Of a stretch of 64,000 bases of DNA, positions 50,490 to 61,282 are shown in pieces. Source of the stretch: Candidatus Dadabacteria bacterium (GTDB lineage Bacteria > Desulfobacterota_D > UBA1144 > Nemesobacterales > CSP1-2); NCBI GenBank assembly GCA_963805855.1, contig CAWDVW010000005.1:800001-864000 (forward strand). The letters run 5' to 3'. Each line of letters opens with the position of its first letter. Within the stretch, counting starts at the first letter, position 1. A program made the translations under genes and the position numbers. The notes beneath the pieces were generated by a model. It searched no databases. It was not told where the DNA came from and worked only from the letters and a program-made list of their open reading frames with translations.

Positions 50490-51317
50490 CTAGTTTTGGT
50501 CTTGCTTCTTGTCATTACTATATCCAGAAATTCTGGCTAGTTCCTTCAGGGATTTTGCTCCAAGATAATATTTGCCGCCTATTTCCCACGTGGGATAACT
50601 TGTTACGCTCTTAGATATGCAAAGTGAGGGATCGGAATTCTTTCCTTTTGGATCACACTCGACATAGTTGATAAAATTAAAAGCCGTTCCGAAAAAGTGC
50701 TTCTGTGCCAGGCAATGAGGACACTGGAATGACCCGTACATGGTGGCACCAATTTCTCTAAGGTGAATGGCAAGCCCTACTTGATAACTATTCGCGGTAG
50801 TGGCCCTAAGCTCACCGCTATTGTTAAAAAAGAAAGAACCTAAAATAACGAGGACGACTATAAAGATGCTAATTGGTATGATTTTTGAAACATTTGCCCG
50901 AAGGTCTATGGGCTTCTTAAACAAAATTAAGATAAAAATAGCTGTTATAACGATCGCCGAAAGTAAGCAGAAAGAACATATGGCTTTTAAAACGAACACC
51001 TCCACGTATGTAAGATAAATTGAAAAAACCAAACCGGGCAAGGATATGAAATAGAGCGTCAGCCATTTTGTTCGTTCTGATATATTTGAAACTGTGATAA
51101 TAAATAACCCAAAATACCCGACTAAACCTATCAGCGGTACAGGTATGCCATCAATCGAGGAATAACCGCTCAATCTTACAATATCGCAGCTCGAGCCTGT
51201 GACGCAAAAGCTTGTTTCCGCCTGGTTATAGTAGACGTAAGTAAGGTAAGCCGCAACCATGAAACCAATAAGAGAGAGAACTGTAATAACCGCACTTGAT
51301 CTGTCCTTGCCGTTCAT
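50490..51317 (-). CDS. VKOR family protein fused to thioredoxin-like domain
   Basis: C....SC..V..S.Y, CSFC; MYG...CPHC..QK, YPTW. Confidence 0.9.
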   Translation of the reverse strand: MNGKDRSSAVITVLSLIGFMVAAYLTYVYYNQAETSFCVTGSSCDIVRLSGYSSIDGIPVPLIGLVGYFGLFIITVSNISERTKWLTLYFISLPGLVFSIYLTYVEVFVLKAICSFCLLSAIVITAIFILILFKKPIDLRANVSKIIPISIFIVVLVILGSFFFNNSGELRATTANSYQVGLAIHLREIGATMYGSFQCPHCLAQKHFFGTAFNFINYVECDPKGKNSDPSLCISKSVTSYPTWEIGGKYYLGAKSLKELARISGYSNDKKQDQN

Positions 51318-51342
51318 ACCTATGCAACATTATATATAGAAA

Positions 51343-53496
51343 TTATTCATCGTAAAACTTTTTCCCCTGGCCCATATAATCTTGGAGGAGGTTGGATGGT
51401 ATAAAAAGTTGATCGTGTTTCGATGATAGAAACTCCAGCTTTTTGATCGTGTTTTCGATACCTAAGTTATCGATAAACTTGAAAGGCCCGCCCAGAAACG
51501 ATGGAAATCCAATCCCAATTACAGCACCAATGTCTCCGTCCCTTGGACTGCTTATAATCCCATCTTCAAGACATTTTACCGCTTCATTTATGATAGCGAA
51601 TGAGAGTCTCTCCTGTATCTCAAGCCTTGGGAAGTGTTCTCTAGATTTTCTAAAAGGTAGTAATTTGTATATGGATTTATTCACTATTTTTTTATCATTA
51701 TAGTATGAGTAGAAGGCTTTTCTGTTTTTTAACTGTTTATCCGTCCCTTCAAATAGGATATCAAGCTTTGAAGCAGCCTTAAATCTCTCCCCAAAAGCCT
51801 CATACATTGTGTTTGACCAGCCGATAACTTCATCGATTCCCATTTTGTCCATGAATATAAAGGGACCTTCCCGATATCCCAATTCAATCATTGCATTATC
51901 GATTTCCTCTAATGACCCTACTTCGCTGAGGAGGCGTATGGCTTCATTTATATACGCAAGTATTACCCTGTTGGTGAAAAAGCCTGTCCCCTCCTTTACT
52001 ACTATCGGAATCTTCCCAATGTGCTTAGAAAAATCAAGTACCGTAGCAATGGTAGAGTCCGAAGTATGTTGTGTTATAACAATTTCAGTTAGAGGGTTTT
52101 CGTACATTGGCAGTGAAAAATGAATTCCAACGATTTTATCCAATCGTTTCAGGCGATTGCATGCCTTATTTAATTGAGCCGCACTAACGTTCGAGGCAAT
52201 AACGCATCCCTCACTTATCACGGATTCAACCTCATCCAAGATATTTAGTTTCAGATCTGATTCATCTCGAGTAGTATCGAATACAATGTCTGCCCTTTTA
52301 AATCCTGAATAATCACTGGTACAACTAACCAATTCGAATCCGTTTTCCAATTCAAACTTTGGAGGTTCGTCCCTATTGTATTTATCTTTAAAGTATTCAT
52401 GACAGTCCTTTAGTGCCCTACCTATGCTTGATTCATCTTTATCCATCAGCCTAACTGTAAAACCATTATCGGCAGCCAGCGCTGCAAGAACAGAGCCAAT
52501 TTGCGCTGCACCAACTATACCGACCTTTCTAATCTTCTTTGGTTTGATACCATTTGCTCGAACGACGGGATCGTGTTTTATATCGTCCGAAGCAAGGGAC
52601 AGATGAATCAGATTGTGAGATACCTCACCAGAAGCAAGCTCGCCAAAGTAAACCGACTCGACATGTAGTCCTCTACTGAAGCTGGAGTTTAGTCCAACTT
52701 CCATTGCTTCAATTGACATTATCGGAGCCAGATTTCTATTGTTTGTCTTAACCAATGCCTTTTTTCTTTTCTTTTTAAGCAGAAGATTCCTTAGAACGGA
52801 ATTGCTATAATAAAACGTTTTTAGTCGGTTACTTGCTCGTGAACGCTTTGATCTAATCTTTCCCTTTATTAATTCGAGCGCTCGCATTTTCCCAATTTCC
52901 AATAATGCCTCATTGGGTACTATTTCGTCTATGATCCTAATTGCCCTGGCCTCCTGAGAATTTATGGTCTTTCCTGTGGTCATTAAATCAATAGCACACG
53001 ATGTACCTACTTGGAGTGGTAGTCTTTGCGTTCCACCTCCGCCGCATATTAAACCCAGCTTTATATCGGGGAATCCAAATAGGGTATTTGGCCCATCTGT
53101 CGCAATTCTATATTTGGATGCGAGGCATATTTCTAACCCTATACCAAAACAGCCTCCATTTATCGCTGCTAAAAATGGAATCCTGGATCTCTCAATTTTT
53201 TCTATTACTTCCTGTATTCTAAGGCTATAAGATCGACCTTCGTCGGCTGCCTTGAATTTAAAGAGCTCTCTGAGATCCAATCCTGAAATAAAATAATCCT
53301 GCTTCCCGCTTATGAGAACTATTGCTTTGGTTTCATTTCCTCCCTCTATCTTACTTTTTTCATTTTCTAGCTCGTTTAATAAGCTTTCGATTTCTATTAT
53401 ATGCTCCAGGGAAAGTCTGTTTTCCATCACATCGGGAGCTTCAATTGTCACTATCCCGATTTGTTTATCGTCTACTTCAAAGGAACATATTTTCAT
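51343..53496 (-). CDS. fadJ: Fatty acid oxidation complex alpha subunit (divergent)
   Basis: Crotonase plus 3-hydroxyacyl-CoA dehydrogenase domains; GIGFP.F.GGPF. Confidence 0.85.
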   Translation of the reverse strand: MKICSFEVDDKQIGIVTIEAPDVMENRLSLEHIIEIESLLNELENEKSKIEGGNETKAIVLISGKQDYFISGLDLRELFKFKAADEGRSYSLRIQEVIEKIERSRIPFLAAINGGCFGIGLEICLASKYRIATDGPNTLFGFPDIKLGLICGGGGTQRLPLQVGTSCAIDLMTTGKTINSQEARAIRIIDEIVPNEALLEIGKMRALELIKGKIRSKRSRASNRLKTFYYSNSVLRNLLLKKKRKKALVKTNNRNLAPIMSIEAMEVGLNSSFSRGLHVESVYFGELASGEVSHNLIHLSLASDDIKHDPVVRANGIKPKKIRKVGIVGAAQIGSVLAALAADNGFTVRLMDKDESSIGRALKDCHEYFKDKYNRDEPPKFELENGFELVSCTSDYSGFKRADIVFDTTRDESDLKLNILDEVESVISEGCVIASNVSAAQLNKACNRLKRLDKIVGIHFSLPMYENPLTEIVITQHTSDSTIATVLDFSKHIGKIPIVVKEGTGFFTNRVILAYINEAIRLLSEVGSLEEIDNAMIELGYREGPFIFMDKMGIDEVIGWSNTMYEAFGERFKAASKLDILFEGTDKQLKNRKAFYSYYNDKKIVNKSIYKLLPFRKSREHFPRLEIQERLSFAIINEAVKCLEDGIISSPRDGDIGAVIGIGFPSFLGGPFKFIDNLGIENTIKKLEFLSSKHDQLFIPSNLLQDYMGQGKKFYDE

Positions 53497-53514
53497 TTAA
53501 CTTTCCTGACTTAA

Positions 53515-54822
53515 TTAATCTCTCTCGAGAATCATAGTGGCGCCTAGTCCACCGGCTGCACAGGATGTAGCCATACCGAAGTTTTTACCACGCCTCTTCA
53601 GCTCATTCAAAAGGGTGATAGTTAGCCTGATTCCCGTAGAACCAGACGGGTGACCAATTGCAATCGAGCCGCCCAGTACGTTTAGCTTATCAAGATCAAT
53701 TTCTCCAATGGGTGAGCTTTTCCCAAGTCTATCTGCAGCGAATTTTTTAGATGAAAATGCATTTAAGTTTGAAAGAACTTGGGATGCGGATGCCTCGTGC
53801 ATCTCTATTAAATCGACATCACGCAAACCAAGACCGGCCCTCTCCAAAGCGATCGCGGTTGCATAGACAGGACCCATGAGCACTTGATCTTTTGGAGATT
53901 GTGCAGAATAGGCGAATGACTTGATATACCCCAGCGGGTCGTATCCCATCTCTTTTGCCTTTTCCTCCGACATCATAAGTACTACACTCGCACCATCTGA
54001 AAGTGGCGAAGAATTGCCTTCTGTGACAGTACCATAAATTTTATCGGAAATCGGTCTTAGCTTCGCCAGATCTTCTATTCTTATATCTTTGCGAACTCCG
54101 TTGTCAAACCTCACTGCAGTTGAAAAATTGGGTGGGACAAACAGGCTAATGACTTCGTTTTGAAGCCTTGCATCCTCTGTAGCCTGAAAGGCAAGCCTGT
54201 GGCTGCGCAATGAAAATGCATCCTGATCATTACGGCTTATGTGGTTTTCTTTAGCGATTTGTTCGGCATATTTAGCCATGGATATCCCCCCGGATAATTC
54301 GGCGATCTCTCGGGGATTTGGGACAATATCTCGAATTCGCAGCTTAATTAATTGCTGAAGTTTTCTCATAGGGTTGCGGGTCTTCGCGTACTCTTTGAAT
54401 ATTTTTCTAGATCTCTTGTTATACAAAATCGGCAGGCTGGATATCGACTCTGTTCCTCCTGCCAAAACGACGTCATAATTCCCTAACATTATACCCTCGG
54501 CGGCGTTTGTAACGGCTCGGAATGATGATAAGCACGCGCTTGAGAGGGTATAAGCTGGAACATCGATTGGCATGCCAGCACCAAGTGCGATCTCTCTGGA
54601 AAGATTCAATGTTTTTATGATTGGTATTGCCGTACCAAAAATTACTTCTTCTATGCTTTCAGGATCTATTTCAGAGCGGTTTAAGAGTTCGGTTGTAACC
54701 TTTTTACCTAAATCTAAAGAAGATAGATTTTCTATTAGCGTACCAGCTTTTATGAACGGGGTCCTGAGTCCATAAACAATAGCCGCTCGCCTCCCGTTTC
54801 GGTAGAGCTTATTCAAACGCAA
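53515..54822 (-). CDS. fadI: 3-ketoacyl-CoA thiolase
   Basis: RTPF, ACLS, HEA, GHP, CAAGGLG. Confidence 0.88.
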   Translation of the reverse strand: MRLNKLYRNGRRAAIVYGLRTPFIKAGTLIENLSSLDLGKKVTTELLNRSEIDPESIEEVIFGTAIPIIKTLNLSREIALGAGMPIDVPAYTLSSACLSSFRAVTNAAEGIMLGNYDVVLAGGTESISSLPILYNKRSRKIFKEYAKTRNPMRKLQQLIKLRIRDIVPNPREIAELSGGISMAKYAEQIAKENHISRNDQDAFSLRSHRLAFQATEDARLQNEVISLFVPPNFSTAVRFDNGVRKDIRIEDLAKLRPISDKIYGTVTEGNSSPLSDGASVVLMMSEEKAKEMGYDPLGYIKSFAYSAQSPKDQVLMGPVYATAIALERAGLGLRDVDLIEMHEASASQVLSNLNAFSSKKFAADRLGKSSPIGEIDLDKLNVLGGSIAIGHPSGSTGIRLTITLLNELKRRGKNFGMATSCAAGGLGATMILERD

Positions 54823-55059
54823 CTCCCTTGAGAATAACGTATTATTTTATACACACTTGAGGATAGAACAAATGATATTTAAAGATAAAGCTAAAATTTA
54901 CATGAATTAAGACCAGTTTTGAAAAAAATCTCTATTTGACTATAATGTATGAAGGTAAATGCTCTATCGGCAAAGGAGAGAAATTTGTCGCTAGAGCATT
55001 TAGTTTTAATTGCCTTATTAATTCCAGTATTAAGAACTTGATTCAAAGGTATCATAAAA

Positions 55060-56364
55060 ATGAGAAATAATAGCGAGCTTGAACGAGCGAACCAAAGTGA
55101 ATCATTCAATACTGCGCTTTCAAACGGCTACAGAAGAGTCAGGAAATTTTCCGAAGAACTAACTACGCCCCTTGAAACTGAAGATTATGTTATTCAGTCG
55201 ATGCCGGAGGTTAGTCCAACCAAGTGGCACCTAGCTCATACCAGCTGGTTTTTTGAGACATTTGTTCTATCCGAAGTAACCTCCAATTACAGATCACCTC
55301 ATCCACAGTTTAATTTTCTTTTCAATTCATACTATGTTCAAGTCGGTGAACGGCATTGTCGTCCAAAGCGAGGGCTTATATCGAGGCCTACAGTTGCGGA
55401 GGTTTTCGAATACAGACGCCACGTCGATCAGAAAATTTTGGAATTTCTTGAAATTGCAAATGAGGAGCGACTGAGAGAGATCGCTCCGGTTATTGAAATA
55501 GGTCTTCATCATGAACAGCAACATCAGGAATTAATGCTGACCGATATAAAACATGTATTTTCTGAAAATCCGCTTCGACCTGCTTACATGGGTAATGAGA
55601 AGAAACCTTCGGATCGACTACTACCTGACATTTATTGGATAGAATATCCAGAGGGTGTGTATGCAATCGGTCACAATGGGGGAGGTTTTTCATTTGATAA
55701 TGAAACTCCGATGCATAAGGAATATGCTAATCCATTTAAACTTGCCTCTAGGCTTGTTACCAATCGCGAATATCTCGAGTTCATAGAGAATGGAGGTTAT
55801 GAAAGACCTGAGATTTGGCTTTCAGACGGATGGAGCACAGTTGAGGCAAATGACTGGAATGCCCCATTATATTGGGAGAAAAAGAACGGCAGTTGGCAGT
55901 ATTTTACACTTTCGGGTATTCGCAAAATAGCGCTAGATGAACCAGTATGTCATGTGAGTTACTACGAGGCTGATGCATATGCCCGCTGGGCCGGTGCACG
56001 GCTTCCTACTGAGTCGGAATGGGAAATTGCCGCATCTAATCTATCAATAAAAGGAAATTTTGTAGAAAATGAGAATTATCATCCTATGGTTATATCGGTA
56101 GAGACAAATAATCGAGAGCCTGAGCAGATGTTCGGAGACGTATGGGAATGGACACGAAGTCCATACGGACCCTACCCAGGTTACACGACACTTCCCGGCG
56201 CACTAGGTGAATACAACGGGAAATTCATGTGTAATCAGATCGTACTTCGTGGCGGTTCTTGTGCTACTTCCAGGTCGCATATTAGAAAAACATACAGAAA
56301 TTTCTTCCCACCAAACGCAAGATGGCAATTCATGGGAATCCGGCTTGCAAAAGATGCAAAATAA
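55060..56364 (+). CDS. egtB: Ergothioneine sulfoxide synthase
   Basis: KWHLAHTSWFFE, FNSYY, HEQQHQEL, FGE-like C-terminal domain. Confidence 0.95.
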   Translation: MRNNSELERANQSESFNTALSNGYRRVRKFSEELTTPLETEDYVIQSMPEVSPTKWHLAHTSWFFETFVLSEVTSNYRSPHPQFNFLFNSYYVQVGERHCRPKRGLISRPTVAEVFEYRRHVDQKILEFLEIANEERLREIAPVIEIGLHHEQQHQELMLTDIKHVFSENPLRPAYMGNEKKPSDRLLPDIYWIEYPEGVYAIGHNGGGFSFDNETPMHKEYANPFKLASRLVTNREYLEFIENGGYERPEIWLSDGWSTVEANDWNAPLYWEKKNGSWQYFTLSGIRKIALDEPVCHVSYYEADAYARWAGARLPTESEWEIAASNLSIKGNFVENENYHPMVISVETNNREPEQMFGDVWEWTRSPYGPYPGYTTLPGALGEYNGKFMCNQIVLRGGSCATSRSHIRKTYRNFFPPNARWQFMGIRLAKDAK

Positions 56365-57316
56365 CCTTCATGAATTAAATAAAATTGATCCACAGGAAAA
56401 AGATCTTTTATCCGAAGTCATCGAAGGTCTAGGACAGCCGCAGAAGAAACTCCCTTCTAAGCTCTTTTACGATCAAAGAGGCTCTGAACTGTTTGATCAG
56501 ATTTGTAACCTCGACGAGTATTATCTGACTAGGACTGAGATGTGGATTATGAATCATTATATTGACGAAATTGCGGAATTGATCGGGAAGAAGTGTTTAC
56601 TGATAGAGTTGGGCAGCGGCAGCAGCACGAAGGTTCGATTGCTCCTAGACCATCTAATCGATCCCGTTGGTTATGTACCTATAGATATTTCTTCCGAGCA
56701 TTTGATTAAAGCTTCAGATTCACTCGCCGCGGATTACCCAAGTATTAAGATTATTCCCGTCTATGCCGATTACACACAGCCATTCGATTTCCCAGATATT
56801 ACATTTAGTTACTCCAAAAAGGTTGTGTACTACCCGGGCTCTACGATTGGAAATTTCACACCCAGATATGCGGCACGTTTCATCAGTCGCATTGCAAACA
56901 GGTCCGGCAAAGGGAGCGGGCTGCTTATCGGAATCGATCTAAAAAAGGATAAAGATACCTTAGAGGCTGCTTATAATGACAGGTATGGGGTTACCGCAGC
57001 ATTCAACCTGAATATTCTTGAAAGACTCAATAGAGAGCTTGGAGCAGACTTTGATACGAGCCAGTGGAAACACCGCGCTTTTTATAATGATGACGAAGGT
57101 AGAATAGAAATGCACTTGGTAAGCCTGGAGCATCAACGAGTAAATGTGAACGGAACGCCGATAAAATTGAAAAAAGATGAAACAATATTGACAGAATTTT
57201 CTTATAAATATACAAACGAAGAATTCGAAAATCTGGTCAGCAATAGTTTTGAATTAGTTAAGGTCTGGACAGACCAAGATGAAAAGTTCAGCATACAATA
57301 TCTAATGGCTCGTTAA
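56354..57316 (+). CDS. egtD: Histidine N-alpha-trimethyltransferase
   Basis: K.FYD..GS.LF.QI..L.EYY.TRTE, ELGSG, GSTIGN, TE.SYKY; ATG overlaps egtB end. Confidence 0.95.
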   Translation: MQNNLHELNKIDPQEKDLLSEVIEGLGQPQKKLPSKLFYDQRGSELFDQICNLDEYYLTRTEMWIMNHYIDEIAELIGKKCLLIELGSGSSTKVRLLLDHLIDPVGYVPIDISSEHLIKASDSLAADYPSIKIIPVYADYTQPFDFPDITFSYSKKVVYYPGSTIGNFTPRYAARFISRIANRSGKGSGLLIGIDLKKDKDTLEAAYNDRYGVTAAFNLNILERLNRELGADFDTSQWKHRAFYNDDEGRIEMHLVSLEHQRVNVNGTPIKLKKDETILTEFSYKYTNEEFENLVSNSFELVKVWTDQDEKFSIQYLMAR

Positions 57317-57500
57317 CCATCTATTAATCCACCAAACCTTCAAGCTACGGATGGCAGAAATGTTCAAGAAAGATTAAATACTAGCAAAAATGTCATCCTG
57401 GAATCCTTTGGGCGAGACCCCCACCTTCTAAAGCCAAACCAAGTTTAACCTGATGTTGTCGAATGGGAATTGTTCCTATAGTATTTACTGATCGAAAGCA

Positions 57501-58799
57501 ATGCCTATCCAAAAGAATAGAAAAGATTTAAATGACCTCATTCGTGATGAGTACGGGGAAATTTTATCCACGTTTACGAGACTATTTGGCATTGAATACC
57601 TGGAGCTGGCAGAAAAAATCATTGACGAGGCCTATGCCAAGGCAAGGTCTAATTCTCAATCCAAGGGTATTCCAAAAAACATTAAAGGCTGGCTTTGGAA
57701 TATAGCAAAGATTAGAGGCAGTGAAATTCTTAGGCGCGAAAACAAACTGTATGATTATGGTCTCACTATGAACCAGATAAGCGGAGAGGAGTTCAAGAAA
57801 CTCATCAAACTTGACGATGAACTACTCATAGATAATCAGCTTAGAATGTTATTTGTCTGCTGCCATCCATCGATCCCCAGGGGATCACAGGTTACGCTTA
57901 CACTTAAATTTTTGCGCGGTCTTAATAATCGAGAAATTGCAACTGTTCTCCTCGCGAATGAATCGACTATTGCAAGAAGATTAGAGGAAGGTAGACTGAC
58001 GGTTAAGAAGCTTAGGATTCACTATGAACTCCCAGAAACATCTGAACAATGTCAAAGACTCGAATCAGTGCTTTCGACTCTAAATCACATATTCAAGCTT
58101 GGATACGACCATTATGGTGGCAAAAGTCAGAACAAGATCGAGTTATGCCAAGAATCAATCAAACTAACAACCCTTCTGACCAATCATAAAAAAACCAACA
58201 GACCAGAGACACACGCGCTTCTGTCACTTATGCTGTTTGAAACCTCAAGGTTGCCAGGGAGATTTCATGAGGAAGGAAGACTCTTGGATCTGCGAGAACA
58301 AGATCGTTCGCTTTGGGATAGAAAAATGATAAATAAAGGGCTATATCATCTCGATATATCCACCAATAGTAAATATGTTTCTGAATATCACCTGCGGGCC
58401 GGAATTTCAGCTTGCCACGCAATCGCGGACAGTTATGAGAAAACCGACTGGAGGAGAATCCTTTTACTCTATGAGAACTACTTGAAGCTGAATGACGATC
58501 CCGAAGTTCACCTTGAGAGAGCCATAGTTTTTTCCAGTATTTTTGGGGCGGGGGAAGACATTAATGAAATAAAAAGAATTCGCAGATCAAAACAACTCCA
58601 ATCAAACCATAGACTTTACTCAATATTGGGCGATCTACATTTACGGTTAAACAACTTCAAAGAGGCACTAGAGAATTATAAGACTGCCATGAAACATGCA
58701 AACGCAAAAGATGATCAATCATTTTACCGGAAAAGAATTGAAATTTGCCAAAATCGACTAAGAATCACAAATAGATACAAACATCAAAAGTCCTTCTGA
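57501..58799 (+). CDS. ECF sigma factor with C-terminal TPR extension (DUF6596-type), divergent
   Basis: LRMLF.CCHP, L.EQDRSLWD, Y.L.A.I.A.H. Confidence 0.8.
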   Translation: MPIQKNRKDLNDLIRDEYGEILSTFTRLFGIEYLELAEKIIDEAYAKARSNSQSKGIPKNIKGWLWNIAKIRGSEILRRENKLYDYGLTMNQISGEEFKKLIKLDDELLIDNQLRMLFVCCHPSIPRGSQVTLTLKFLRGLNNREIATVLLANESTIARRLEEGRLTVKKLRIHYELPETSEQCQRLESVLSTLNHIFKLGYDHYGGKSQNKIELCQESIKLTTLLTNHKKTNRPETHALLSLMLFETSRLPGRFHEEGRLLDLREQDRSLWDRKMINKGLYHLDISTNSKYVSEYHLRAGISACHAIADSYEKTDWRRILLLYENYLKLNDDPEVHLERAIVFSSIFGAGEDINEIKRIRRSKQLQSNHRLYSILGDLHLRLNNFKEALENYKTAMKHANAKDDQSFYRKRIEICQNRLRITNRYKHQKSF

Positions 58800-58815
58800 A
58801 AAATCTGTCGACTCA

Positions 58816-59565
58816 ATGATTAAGCTTCATAACATTTCAAAAACATTTGGCAAAACCAAAGCACTTCATACTACTACTTTAGATCTCCAACCCCGAAGCA
58901 CGACTGTTATTATTGGTCCAAGCGGTTGTGGTAAATCTACCCTCCTGAGGCTGATAATAGGACTCATAAAACCGGATAATGGAAATATCTACGTAGAAGG
59001 AGAAATGATTAGTCCCCAGAATTTATATTCAATTAGGCATAAGGTGGGTTATGTAATTCAGGATGGGGGTCTTTTTGCGCATCTCAATGCACGAGAAAAC
59101 ATTTCACTGCTGGGCACTTACTTAGGTCATGAGAAATCGCAGATCGAGAGTCGAATAAACGAGCTTTGTGAATTAACGAAATACCCCGTTGATGCATTGG
59201 ATAGGTATCCATCACAAATCTCAGGTGGACAGCGGCAGCGTGTGAGCCTAATGAGAGCGCTTATGTTGGATCCCGTCATACTCTTGCTTGATGAACCCCT
59301 TGGAGCCCTAGATCCATTAATACGTTTTGAGCTTCAAAACGATTTAAAGGAAATATTTAAGATATTGGGTAAGACTGTGGTAATGGTTACGCATGATATA
59401 GGTGAAGCTGGATTTTTTGGACACAAGATTGTCTTACTTAGGGATGGGATAATCATCCAAGAAGGAACAATAAATGACTTAGTGAATAATCCATCTGAAA
59501 CTTTTGTAACTGAATTTATTAAAGCGCAAAGAAGTCCATTGGAATCTATGAATCAGGATTCATGA
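58816..59565 (+). CDS. Betaine/osmoprotectant-type ABC ATP-binding protein
   Basis: GPSGCGKS, GYVIQ.GGLF.H, SGGQRQR, DEP.GALDP. Confidence 0.9.
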   Translation: MIKLHNISKTFGKTKALHTTTLDLQPRSTTVIIGPSGCGKSTLLRLIIGLIKPDNGNIYVEGEMISPQNLYSIRHKVGYVIQDGGLFAHLNARENISLLGTYLGHEKSQIESRINELCELTKYPVDALDRYPSQISGGQRQRVSLMRALMLDPVILLLDEPLGALDPLIRFELQNDLKEIFKILGKTVVMVTHDIGEAGFFGHKIVLLRDGIIIQEGTINDLVNNPSETFVTEFIKAQRSPLESMNQDS

Positions 59566-59599
59566 TGCAGGATGCATGATGCAAGATACAGGATGCAGG
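59557..59599 (+). repeat. Heptamer array (GATGCAN) x6
   Basis: gattcat-gatgcag-gatgcat-gatgcaa-gatacag-gatgcag. Confidence 0.8.
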
Positions 59600-59672
59600 T
59601 AACAGGTAGGAGCGGACACCTTCGATGCATTCAGCACAGGCTTGCTGGTACATCTATTTGAAAAATAAACCG

Positions 59673-61250
59673 ATGAAAATCCTCATATCATTAGTGTCGT
59701 TCGAATTCGATTCTCGTTTGTCACTGCGAGCCGCTTATGGCGGCGCGGCAATCTCATTCTTAAGGATTAGGTATTTATTATTTATTCTGTTAGCGGTGTT
59801 CGCTGCTGAGGCTTTTGCAAAAAGTGAAATAAAGGTGGGTTCAAAAAAGTTCACAGAATCCGTGATATTAGGAGAATTAGTATCTCAACTGGCTCGGAAT
59901 GCTGGAATTGACGTTCAATACAGAGAGGAGCTTGGAGGAACCAGGGTGCTTTGGAACGCCCTTCTAAGAGGAGATATTGATATTTACCCCGAATACACGG
60001 GAACTATCATTGAGGAGATACTATCCAAAGAGAATGTTTCCGACGAGGAAGAACTAAGAAATGCTCTGTCCGAAAAAGGCATTCTCGTAAGCGAACCGTT
60101 AGGGTTTAATAACACGTATGCGCTGGGAATGAAGGAGGAGGTTGCTGAAAAACTGGGCATCACAACGATATCGGACTTGCGCAGGTACCCCAACCTGAAA
60201 TTTGGTTTTACAAATGAATTTATGAATCGCCGGGATGGCTGGCAAAGTCTAAAAACCGTGTATCACTTGCCGCAGAGGAATGTTACGGGATTGGACCACG
60301 ACCTTGCCTACCGGGGAGTTGAAAGCGGTGATATCGATGTAGTTGATCTGTATTCGACTGATGCAGAGATCGAATACTATAATTTGAGACGGTTGAAGGA
60401 CGATCGGAACCACTTCACGAACTATAACGCAGTCCTACTTTACCGTTCTGAACTTAAGGAACAAACCCCGGAGGCGCTCAAAATGATATCGAAGCTTCAG
60501 GGTAAAATCTCTGAAGAAGATATGATTAAGATGAATGCACTGGTAAAGATAGATGGAGAGCCCGAGTCTGTGGTTGCGGCGAAGTTCTTGAAGAAGAATT
60601 TACACACAATTACACATCCAATAAAGTACTCATTTTTGATACGGCTTTGGCATAATACACTACAGCATCTTTTTCTCGTCGCGGTCTCCCTTTCGGCTGC
60701 GATTCTGATATCAATACCGCTAGGAATTTGGGCTCACCAAAACGAGAGGCTAGGTCAAGCGATTTTGGGCATTGTCGGGATAATTCAGACTATTCCATCC
60801 CTCGCATTGCTTGTTTTTATGATTCCGCTTCTAGGAATAGGTGCTACACCCGCAATTGTTGCACTATTTCTATATAGCCTGCTCCCGATCGTCCGTAACA
60901 CTTACACCGGCCTACATGATATCCCATCCAATATCCGGGAATCCGCCGAGGCCCTGGGGTTACCGTATTTTGCCAGGCTCAGACTTGTGGAATTGCCAAT
61001 GGCATCCAGGTCCATAATAGGTGGAATCAAAACCTCTGCAGTGATAAATGTTGGGACCGCCACGCTTGGTGCTTTAATAGGCGCGGGTGGATATGGCGAA
61101 CCAATCCTCACAGGAATTCGTCTTGATAACATCCCCCTTATCCTTGAAGGAGCCGTCCCCGCCGCCATTTTAGCACTTCTCGTGCAAGGGTTATTTGATT
61201 TATCAGAATTCGTTTTCGTGCCAAAGGGGTTGCGAATGAAGTCTGAATAA
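59673..61250 (+). CDS. Fused betaine-type substrate-binding protein and permease
   Basis: VGSKKFTE, YPEYTGT, NTYAL, YSTD, QTIPSLALL; start uncertain. Confidence 0.9.
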   Translation: MKILISLVSFEFDSRLSLRAAYGGAAISFLRIRYLLFILLAVFAAEAFAKSEIKVGSKKFTESVILGELVSQLARNAGIDVQYREELGGTRVLWNALLRGDIDIYPEYTGTIIEEILSKENVSDEEELRNALSEKGILVSEPLGFNNTYALGMKEEVAEKLGITTISDLRRYPNLKFGFTNEFMNRRDGWQSLKTVYHLPQRNVTGLDHDLAYRGVESGDIDVVDLYSTDAEIEYYNLRRLKDDRNHFTNYNAVLLYRSELKEQTPEALKMISKLQGKISEEDMIKMNALVKIDGEPESVVAAKFLKKNLHTITHPIKYSFLIRLWHNTLQHLFLVAVSLSAAILISIPLGIWAHQNERLGQAILGIVGIIQTIPSLALLVFMIPLLGIGATPAIVALFLYSLLPIVRNTYTGLHDIPSNIRESAEALGLPYFARLRLVELPMASRSIIGGIKTSAVINVGTATLGALIGAGGYGEPILTGIRLDNIPLILEGAVPAAILALLVQGLFDLSEFVFVPKGLRMKSE

Positions 61251-61282
61251 ACTCTTTTTTAACCTCCCGAAGTTAGATCTTT

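Noticed and set aside
56207-56353. N-terminal extension of egtD
   Set aside because: Lies within egtB; ATG at 56354 fits the family
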